Shown: piece by piece, positions 54,471 through 64,000 of the stretch
Numbering within the stretch: position 1 is the first letter of the stretch
Layout: the number at the start of each line of letters is the position of its first letter
DNA from: Octopus sinensis
Taxonomy: Eukaryota
NCBI RefSeq assembly: GCF_006345805.1
Contig: NC_043026.1
Location: 8,680,001 to 8,744,000 of the forward strand
Direction of reading: 5' to 3'
Length of the DNA: 64,000 nt
The notes under the pieces: generated by a model
What the model saw: the letters and a program-made list of their open reading frames with translations, nothing else
Database searches by the model: none
What the model was told of the DNA's origin: nothing
Translations under genes and position numbers: made by a program

Positions 54471-56646
54471 TACATATATATATATATATAAAATCTCATA
54501 ACAATTCTGCTTGTCGTTGTTACTTAACCCTTTCATTACTGTATTTATTTTGAGATGCTCTCTGTTACTTTCAATTACTTTAAATATAACAAAGAATTTA
54601 GTAAAATAACTTAGTTATCATTCAGCTAGTGTTAGGAACATAAATTGTGACTAAGGTTTGGTGGAAGATTTTAACTCAAAACTTATGAGAACAAGACATT
54701 TGTACTTAGAGCCAGAGCCGGTTTCAGCCGGGTTGGTAATGAAAGGGCTAAATGTTAAGTAGCAATAAAATACATCACTAAGGAAAGCTGTTGTTCTGGC
54801 TGTCAACTTGTGAGGTGTTATTGTTTTCAACTATGAACCATAGAATTTGCTATGGGAAAATTGAAGATTTGATTTCGATTTTAGTGCTAGCTTGTTTGCA
54901 AGGAAAATTTATCCCACGTGTTTTGTTACAGCTTGTTTAATAAATCGAGAGGTATTTATTATAGGAAAATGAATGAGGTATTTCCCTTGTCTGTTAAAGG
55001 AAAATATATTGGTTATATATGTGGATCCCTTCCAGGGGCCGTAGCCATATAATTATAGATTTTTTATTAAACTTCAATGAATGTTACTTTAACATATTTG
55101 CAATGTTTCACAGAATTTCAACAGGTGTAGACAGCAAATTGATACAAACAACTTGTATAAGATCTTATATATTACATCTCATATAAAATCCATTCTATCT
55201 GTGTGTGTGTGTGTATGGCTTCTAGGATCTCTGGCATCTGTCTAATGTCGGGCACGAAAATACCTTTAAAAGAATCATAAAAGAATCATCCATAACTTGC
55301 AGTAAGCAACATTTATTAAAATAAAAGTATTCAGAACACAGAAAACATGTAACAAAAACAATTTGCAAACATATTTACATTCCCATATAACAGTTAAGAA
55401 CATCACCATTATTGTATTACGCATGTGCGGACGTGTTTGTTCGACTAGGTACTGCTGGTTTAATTACGCACGACTCTAGTTAGAGAAGGGGTGCGTATTA
55501 TACACAAGGTTTAGGTTTTTCAGTGGTACAGCTCCCTAAAAATCCCCTGCATATTATACTCAAGGATTTACGGTACTCCCTTCAGTCGAATACTTCTTTG
55601 CAGACTATGTTGTTTGTGTAAGTTCTCCCTCTTCTTTCCCTGTGCTTGTCAGTCTTGTTAAATTTAACCCTCACATCAGATCATTTGCGAGACCTTCAGA
55701 ATGCAACATACAGCTGACCATGGTTGAATACAGGTTCAGGCAAGAATGGCCCCACTTTATGAAATGTCTGCCCTTGTAAGCTTTATTGATAGTCATTGCA
55801 TGACAGGTGAACAGGAGTCTGGTTTCTTTCTAAAGAGAATGGCAAGTTTGGGATGCGCATGTGTCAAGTGATAGGTAATACAAAAAACTTAGTTCAATTA
55901 AAAACAAAAGCAGTTTTCTTTTCACTATGCACTCACCATTGTCACCACCACCACCACCACCCTCTCTCTTTCTGTCTTTTTTTAATCTCACCATCAGAAC
56001 ATCACCCCTCTACTGAAATTATATTCCTAACACTTTTCTGTATCACTTTGAACTGACTTTTTAATCATGTAATACATATTATGTACTCCCCTGTCACACT
56101 TCATGCTTCTCACTCACTCTTTTTCTCTCTCTCGCCCTTTCTCTGATCATGTGAATGTGTTACCCTTTCGTTACCAACCCGGCTGAAACTGGCTCTGGCT
56201 CTAAGTACAAATGTCTTGTTTTCATAAGTTTTGAGTTAAAATCTTCCACCAAACCTTAGTCACAATTTATGTTCCTAACACTAGCTGAATGATAACTAAG
56301 TTATTTTACTAAATCTTTCAACATCAATGGAAATTGTAGCTGAGATACCAGTGCCGGTGGCACGTAAGAGAACCGTCCGAACGTGGCCGTTGCCAGCGCC
56401 GCCCCAACTGGCCTCCGTGCCAGTGACATGGCCAGTTGCCAGCCTCGTCTGGCACCTGTACAGGTGGCACGTAAAAAGCACCCACTACACTCTCAGAGTG
56501 GTTGGCGTTAGGAAGGGTAACCAGCTATAGAAACACTGCCAGATCAGACTGGGCCTGGCGCAGCCTCCTGGCTTCCCAGACCCCAGTTGAACTGCCCAAC
56601 CCATGCTAGCATGGAACAACAGACGTTAAACGATGATGATGATGAT

Positions 56647-57304
56647 GACTTCAGTCAAAATAGTGAACTTTATTAAGTCAAAGACTTTGCAATCGCGCCT
56701 ATTTGAGAAGTTGTGCAAAGAGATGAGAAGCGATCATAAATCACTTCTTTTGCACACAGAAATACGATGTCTCCCTAGGGGGCAAGTGTTAACAAGACTT
56801 GCAGAACTCCACGAAGAAGTAGCTATATTTTTAGAAGATAATAGCGATTTTGCGAAATATTTGCGTGACGAAGAATTTGTTCTGAGGCTTACGTATTTAG
56901 CAGATATTTTTTCGAAATTAAACGACCTGAATTTGTATTTACAAGGAACAGAAGGTATCAGTATATTTGCAATTCATGAGAAAATTCGAGGTTTTATGAA
57001 AAAACTTGTCTTGTGGAAAAATTGTATTAACAAGCGAAATTATGACCGTTTTGAAACATTTGAAATTTTTGTAATGGAGAATAAAGCAAAAGTTGATGAT
57101 GGTATAATCATTGAGATATCTGAACACTTGAATAAGTTAAATGAAAGTTTTGAATTTTATTTTCATAAAGTGATGAATACTATACAACAGAAAAGATGGA
57201 TTATGAACCCCTTTCAGCCTGACGTGACGACTGGAATATCAACAAAAGCCGGTGAGGAACTTATTGATTTATCCGAAGACTCTTCCTTGAAAATGACTTT
57301 TAAC
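56647..57304 (+). mobile_element. hAT (Buster/Charlie, ZBED5/FAM200-like) transposase fragment, open frame
   Basis: VKIVNFIKSKTLQSRLFEKLCKEM..LLLHTEIRCLPRGQVLTRL..YLADIFSKLNDLNL. Confidence 0.85.
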
Positions 57305-57590
57305 ACAGGAATATGGTGTCTCTCCTGAATGAAAATGTTTGTGAGAAGTTAAGCACTACTTTGAGAGAAAGATTTAATAATAATAATAATAATAATAATA
57401 ATTGTGTACAGTGCTCAGGTGCACTACAACTCATCTAAAGTGTATGTATAATCAGGTGTAGTTTCGGCGGATTTCGGAAAGCATTAAAGGATGCAGTGTC
57501 ATGGCAGTCAACAACTGACGCAGGCAGTTTATTCCATGCTTCAGCAACTCTGAGCGTGAAAAAATGTTTCCGAAAGTCATGATATGGTTT

Positions 57591-59924
57591 CTATCCTATA
57601 TGAACAAGTATGTGAGAATTTAAAACACTTCGGTCAGAGAATGAGGTACCACAGACATCACAGGGATAAGGCTTCTCTCCTGTATGAATACGTATGTGCG
57701 TAGTCAAGTTACCTTTTCGAGAGGATGATTTACCACAAGTGTCACAGTGAAATAGCTTCTCCCCTGTATGAACACTTATGTGAGAGTTTAAAGCAGTCTG
57801 GTCAGAGAATGATGTACCACAGACATCACAACGATAAGGCTTCTCCCCTGTATGAATACGTTTGTGTCTAGTCAAGTTATTACTTTGAGGGAAAGATTTA
57901 CCACAGATGTCACAGTGAAATGGTTTCTCCCCTGTATGAACACGTATGTGTGAATTAAAAGCACTTCGGCCAAGGAATGATGCAAAACAGACATCACAGT
58001 GATATGGCTTCTCTCCAGTATGAATACGTTGGTGTGTAGTCAAGCTACCTTTTCTAGGGAATGATTTACCGCAGATGTCACAGTGAAATAGCTTCTCCCC
58101 TGTATGAACAAGTATGTGAGAGTTTAAAGCACTCTGGTCAGAGAATGATGTACCACAGACATCACAACGATAAGGCTTCTCCCCTGTATGAATACGTTTG
58201 TGTCTAGTCAAGTTATTACTTTGAGGGAAAGATTTACCACAGATGTCACAGTGAAATGGCTTCTCCCCTGTATGAACACGTATGTGTGAATTAAAAGCAC
58301 TTCGGCCAAGGAATGATGCAAAACAGACATCACAGTGATATGGCTTCTCTCCAGTATGAATACGTTGGTGTGTAGTCAAGCTACCTTTTCTAGTGAATGA
58401 TTTACCGCAGATGTCACAGTGAAATAGCTTCTCCCCTGTATGAACAAGTATGTGAGAGTTTAAAGCACTCTGGTCAGAGAATGATGTACCACAGACATCA
58501 CAACGATAAGGCTTCTCCCCTGTATGAATACGTTTGTGTCTAGTCAAGTTATTATTTTGAGGGAAAGATTTACCACAGATGTCGCAGTGAAATGGCTTCT
58601 CCCCTGTATGAACAAGTATGTGAGAGTTTAAAGTACTCTGGTGAGAGAATGATGTACCACAGACATCACAACGATAAGGCTTCTCCCCTGTATGAATACG
58701 TTTGTGTCTAGTCAAGTTATTACTTTGAGGGAAAGATTTACCACAGATGTCACAGTGAAATGGTTTCTCCCCTGTATGAACACGTATGTGTGAATTAAAA
58801 GCACTTCGGCCAAGGAATGATGCAAAACAGACATCACAGTGATATGGCTTCTCTCCAGTATGAATACGTTGGTGTCTAGTCAAGCTACCTTTTCTAGGGA
58901 ATGATTTACCGCAGATGTCACAGTGAAATAGCTTCTCCCCTGTATGAACAAGTATGTGAGAGTTTAAAGCACTCTGGTCAGAGAATGATGTACCACAGAC
59001 ATCACAACGATAAGGCTTCTCCCCTGTATGAATACGTTTGTGTCTAGTCAAGTTATTACTTTGAGGGAAAGATTTACCACAGATGTCACAGTGAAATAGC
59101 TTCTCCCCTGTATGAACAAGTATGTGAGAGTTTAAAGCACTCTGGTCAGAGAATGATGTACCACAGACCTCACAACGATAAGGCTTCTCCCCTGTATGAA
59201 TACGTTTGTGTGTAGTCAAGTTATTACTTTGAGAGAAAGATTTACCACAGATGTCGCAGTGAAATGGCTTCTCCCCTGTATGAATACGTTGGTGTGTAGT
59301 CAAGTTATTATTTTGAGGGAAAGATTTACCACAGATGTCGCAGTGAAATGGCTTCTCCCCTGTATGAATACGTTTGTGTCTAGTCAAGTTATTATTTTGA
59401 GGGAAAGATTTACCACAGATGTCACAGTGAAATAGCTTCTCCCCTGTATGAACAAGTATGTGAGAGTTTAAAGCACTCTGGTCAGAGAATGATGTACCAC
59501 AGACCTCACAACGATAAGGCTTCTCCCCTGTATGAATACGTTTGTGTCTAGTCAAGTTATTACTTTGAGGGAAAGATTTACCACAGATGTCGCAGTGAAA
59601 TGGCTTCTCCCCTGTATGAATACGTTGGTGTGTAGTCAAGTTATTATTTTGAGGGAAAGATTTACCACAGATGTCGCAGTGAAATGGCTTCTCCCCTGTA
59701 TGAATACGTTGGTGTGTAGTCAAGTTAATTTTTTTAGAGAATGATTTACCACAGGTGTCACAGTGAAATGGCTTCTCCCCTGTATGAACACGTTTGTGCA
59801 TATTTAAGTGACCCTTTTTTGAGAAAGACTTTTTACAGACATCACAGTCATGTGACAATTTTTGTTTCCCCTCTTCTCTATCTTCAGGAAAAATCAGTTC
59901 CTTTAGATTCTCACTCTTTTCCAT
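57591..59924 (-). CDS. C2H2 zinc-finger protein, unit D (27 fingers, 777 aa)
   Basis: 26-aa leader plus 27 fingers with internal multi-finger repeats. Confidence 0.93.
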   Translation of the reverse strand: MEKSENLKELIFPEDREEGKQKLSHDCDVCKKSFSKKGHLNMHKRVHTGEKPFHCDTCGKSFSKKINLTTHQRIHTGEKPFHCDICGKSFPQNNNLTTHQRIHTGEKPFHCDICGKSFPQSNNLTRHKRIHTGEKPYRCEVCGTSFSDQSALNSHILVHTGEKLFHCDICGKSFPQNNNLTRHKRIHTGEKPFHCDICGKSFPQNNNLTTHQRIHTGEKPFHCDICGKSFSQSNNLTTHKRIHTGEKPYRCEVCGTSFSDQSALNSHILVHTGEKLFHCDICGKSFPQSNNLTRHKRIHTGEKPYRCDVCGTSFSDQSALNSHILVHTGEKLFHCDICGKSFPRKGSLTRHQRIHTGEKPYHCDVCFASFLGRSAFNSHIRVHTGEKPFHCDICGKSFPQSNNLTRHKRIHTGEKPYRCDVCGTSFSHQSTLNSHILVHTGEKPFHCDICGKSFPQNNNLTRHKRIHTGEKPYRCDVCGTSFSDQSALNSHILVHTGEKLFHCDICGKSFTRKGSLTTHQRIHTGEKPYHCDVCFASFLGRSAFNSHIRVHTGEKPFHCDICGKSFPQSNNLTRHKRIHTGEKPYRCDVCGTSFSDQSALNSHILVHTGEKLFHCDICGKSFPRKGSLTTHQRIHTGEKPYHCDVCFASFLGRSAFNSHIRVHTGEKPFHCDICGKSFPQSNNLTRHKRIHTGEKPYRCDVCGTSFSDQTALNSHISVHTGEKLFHCDTCGKSSSRKGNLTTHIRIHTGEKPYPCDVCGTSFSDRSVLNSHILVHIG

Positions 59925-60867
59925 TATTTTTCTTCAAAAATCACAGTATATAATCTTTTTTCACCTTTTTGATTCTATAGTGTTTTGTTTACAAATATTT
60001 CAGCTGCTGTATTTTTGTCCATTGTTAATTTTGTCCCAAAACATTTTACTAAAATAATCCAAGTTTAATTCTTACACAGACTTATCTTGTGGACACTCCA
60101 GCCAGTGATATCCAGAAGGTTTGCTAATAACACATTTCAGAGTAAATATATCAGAGGAATTCCACCATAGATTTGTAGAAACAATCTTATATATCTGTTG
60201 TGTACAATATTTCCATTTTGGTCTTTAAAAGATGATAAATAATGAGAATGTATCTTCAGTTATGCCAATGTCATCTGATATTCTGAAAGAATAAAGAAAC
60301 AACAGTGTAAGATATAGAGGCTACTTAAAAAAATACAGATTCAACATTTCCATAAAGATAAACTCTAGAAACAAACATTTAACTGAACAACAGAACTTTC
60401 TAATTTATTAGAATTTACATGAGAAAATCTTGTGTGAAGCTAACATATTTGTAAACTCCAGCTACACATTCACACACGTTTATATATATATATACTCTTC
60501 CTTGTGTTAGTTGTTTTGACTGTGGCTATACTGGAGCATCACCTTAGAGGGTGTTAGTTGATCAAATCAACCCTAGGACTTCATTTTTTAGCCTAGTACA
60601 TATATTGGCCTCTTTTGTGAAACCACTAAATTATGGGGACACAAACATACGAACACTGGTTATGAAGTGTTGGTGGGGCGTCAAACAGTCACAAAGATAT
60701 AAATGCATATATACATAAATACTCATTAATATACATATATATATATATATATATATTGGGCTTCTTTCAGTTTCCATCTACCAAATCCAATGACAAGGAT
60801 TTAGTCGGCTAATGTCTATTGTATAAAATACTTGCCTAAGTAGGTTCGCAGTGGGACTGAACCTGGA

Positions 60868-60908
<41 letters not shown>

Positions 60909-61486
60909 TTACACGTTAATATATACGTACGTGTATGTATATACATGTGTGTGTATGTGAAGGTTTTGGGGTTAGTGGTGTGAGCAATCAGCTCCTAATA
61001 AGGTCATAATTTCAATTCCCAGCAGTGTGCTGTGTTGTTGAGCAAGACATGTTGCTCCAGGTTCACTCAGCTGACAAAAGTGAATTGTACCAGTAATTTG
61101 AAGGGCCAGCCTTATCACATTAGTAAGGTGGATCAGAATTGGGTAGAAAGTTGATGGAAAATTTGCTGAAAATAAAAAGGAGGTGGCACCCGACTGTGTT
61201 ATGGACAGCAACTGGAAGAAGTAGGATGGCCAATTTCTAGTGGTAAATATAAAGTGAAGGAGAAAATACAAAAATTAAAAAAAAGGGATTACTCATTTTG
61301 CCCCACTTACTAATTTTGGTTCCCTTTCTCTATATCAAGAAACAAACATAGGATGCAGAAAGTGATGTAGATGTTCTTCGGTTTCTATTTGGCTGTCTTC
61401 ATATTTATTATGGTTGAATGAGATATTCCCACAAAGATATTATATTTAAATTGACCTAATATGTTGGGATTGACATGTGCCCTTCA

Positions 61487-61865
61487 TTTAACCATCTTAC
61501 AAACAATAACTCTGAGCACCTTTTCGAACTCCACCCGTCTACCACCCGTGGACATATTTACAAAGTCAGAAAACAGCACAGCTCCCATGACTTCAGGAAA
61601 CATTTTTTCATGCTGAGAGATGCTCAAACATGGAACAAACTGCCGGCATCAGTTGTTTGTTGTCGGAGCATTGCATCCTTCAAAACTTCCTGAGATTCGC
61701 CAACACTACACCTGATTTTCTCCCCTCCATATACACGCAAGCATGTATCTGACTCATACATTGTTCGCTTCCCAGACATTTGTACATCACTGCATACACT
61801 TCATTACACACTTTTGACAAGTTGTGGTGCACCTGAGCACTGTATACAATAATTTCATTATTATA
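61487..61865 (+). mobile_element. CR1-type LINE 3' fragment in the unit D intron
   Basis: HLTNNNSEHLFELHPS..RKHFF..WNKLPASVV. Confidence 0.8.
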
Positions 61866-63193
61866 ACTTAAACCTGATTTCTTTTACAACTTGCTGTCGA
61901 TAAAATGACAAGAGCGGTCAAATACCTTTCCTGGAGACGTATTAAAGTGTCAATTCCAAAGATATTTTCATTTGGTTCTCGTTCATTTATCCAAATTCAA
62001 TTCCATATAAATACTTGAGAGTAATTTCCCTTCGTCAATAAAGATCCAGGTGATTAAACGGGAAGGCGGCCCTAAATTCCGGTCTGAAAGCTATGTCCCA
62101 CAGAGATGACAAGAATTAAAGCACCTCTCTGTTTCGTTTAGACAAATCTGAAGCTAGTACAAGATTTAAGACGGCATTCCTTCGACATAATTCGACAAAA
62201 GTCAAACCATTTCACTTTGGGTATTTTCCGTGGAAGCAAATGACAATTCGATTCTGTTTGGAAATTTTCGGATTTTACATACACACATGAAACGGGTGTA
62301 GAACGAATATGCAAGGCTTTCTTTCTTCGAGGTTATACCCTTATGACTTCTGGTCATTATGGAGGAAAGCAACGTCGGGTATCTTTAATTCTACAACAAG
62401 AACTGTATGTGGGAATGAGTAGCTTCCAGAAAGCACGCGATCCACTAAGTAAAAATCGGAAAAAAAACCCAGGATTTTACAACATTCAGAGTTCTGAAAT
62501 GTCCTTTAGAATAATTCTGGCTAAAACCTACAATGATATCAGTTGAAATCTTTCTAAGCAATGCCAATAGTGGAAAAAAAAGGCGAAATTACTCATTTTG
62601 CCCCGCTTATTAATTTCGTCCCATTCCCCACACCAAGAACCAAACATTCGATGAATTATAAAAAAGCATTCTTTATAACATCCCACGGAAGTTTCCAGAA
62701 GAGTTCTGAAATGTCGTTTAGAATAATTCTGGCTAAAACTAATATCAACAGTGTAAAAGTGAGGCGAAATTACTCATTTTGCCCCGCTTACTAATGTCGT
62801 CCCCTCTCTCTTTATCAAGAAACAAACATTCAATATATTATAATAAAGCATTGGTTTTTCAACATTTCTGTGGTTGGAGTTTATTCGGGAATACTTCCCA
62901 AACTAAAACACAACAAACGAACGTGGAAACGATGGCGCGTGTAGGAAGAAATGAGGAATTACTCATTTTGCCCCACATGCCTATTTTGTCCCCTTCCCAT
63001 TGGTTTCTCAGCATTTCTGTGGTTGGAGTTTATTTTAAGAACATTTCTCCACCTAAAACACACAACAAACAAACTTAAAGAAGAAACGATGGAGCGTGTA
63101 GGAGGTTGCCGCCATAGCTAGAAATAGCAGCCAAATGTGGAACAAAATCTGATTCACAAAGTATTGAAAGATTAAATGTTTTCGTTGTTTAAT

Positions 63194-63366
63194 ACTTACG
63201 GAAATGTCTTTATAAAGGATGGTGTTGTTGTTGTTATGAGTGCATCAGGTGGGAGAGAAATGTATTATAAATGTGTTTGGGAGTGAATTGAGAGAAATTC
63301 TGGCGCCAAACAAAGCTTGTCAAGATGTAATGAATGGAAGCGGAAATAGGTTTAGTGCGCATGCGT
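63194..63366 (-). promoter_or_regulatory. Promoter plus exon 1 module, unit D
   Basis: tgcgcatgcgt at 63356-63366, donor at 63194-63199, acceptor at 60283-60284. Confidence 0.6.
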
Positions 63367-63499
63367 ATGTAATAGTTGTGCGTGATATTCACATTTTGGC
63401 ACAAGGCCAGCAATTTCAGGGGAGGGGAGGGTGCGTAAGTCGATTACCGCGGACCGCAGTTGTTAACTGGTATTTATTTTATTGAACCCCAGCAAAAAG

Positions 63500-64000
63500 G
63501 TGAAAGGCAAACTTTATTTGGATCTTTTCGCTTTGACCGACAGATTTTTAATATAATTTCCACGTAACTAAACACTTTTAAACTTCGTATACTGGTAGAA
63601 TGTGTTTATAAAACATCTTTTCCTCTTGGCTTTCTTGAGAAAATTCTGTAGTTTGTAAGCTATTTGTTCTTTAATTTCGGCAATTTCAACCAATCAATGA
63701 CGTCTATTCAGGTGAATACAATTTCTGCCGTAGTTTGTCAAAAACTTCCTGCACAGATACACACATTACATATTATCTATTCGTTTAAAAATCAGAATGG
63801 GGATCTTTTCGGTTTGAACGGCCGTTTTTTTAAATAATTTCCACGTAACTAAACACTTTTAAACTTCGTATACTGGTAGAATGTGTTACATAAAATATCT
63901 CTTTCTCGTGGCTTTCTTGAGAAAATACTGTAATTTGTAAGCTATTTGTTCTTTAATTTCTTGCATTTCAGCAATTTCAACCAATCAATGACGTCTATTG
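63500..64000. mobile_element. Tandem partial copies of the gatcttttcggttt MITE family
   Basis: Same arrangement as 46250-46745 upstream of promoter B. Confidence 0.65.

Noticed and set aside
61870-62425. ~550-bp unit-D-specific intronic insert that might be coding-derived
   Set aside because: Hand translation gave only stop-interrupted frames with no motif I recognise; a tBLASTx search is needed.
63240-63485. 81-aa ORF repeated at 53198, 46018 and 1896
   Set aside because: It is antisense across the promoter/exon-1 module, with variable starts, and recurs only because the unit is duplicated.

Overview
AT-rich animal genomic DNA. I infer an octopus or related coleoid cephalopod from the (TA)n load, the SINE/LINE/MITE repertoire and the KRAB-less zinc-finger cluster. 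The window holds a cluster of C2H2 (TGEKP-linker) zinc-finger genes: six open genes with 14-27 fingers, one frameshifted copy, one 5'-less relic, and the promoter of a further gene that lies off the left edge. Most genes are copies of one cassette: an NRF1-like TGCGCATGCGT promoter motif, a short non-coding exon with a GTAAGT donor, an intron carrying a tandem repeat with an invariant core, a 5'UTR containing a near-invariant 107-nt block, a 25-26-aa leader, the finger array and a decaying tail. The right half is four related units (A-D); B, C and D recur at ~7-kb spacing and carry mosaic markers. The spaces between genes are filled with transposon relics (mariner, Merlin, hAT, Helitron, RTE and CR1/L2-type LINEs, SINEs, MITEs). 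The most striking structure is a 2.56-kb array of seven hAT-type MITEs with captured spacers, bounded as a whole by one 8-bp target-site duplication, in the promoter of gene 2. Exon boundaries and regulatory motifs are inferred from paralog comparison by eye, not from transcript data.
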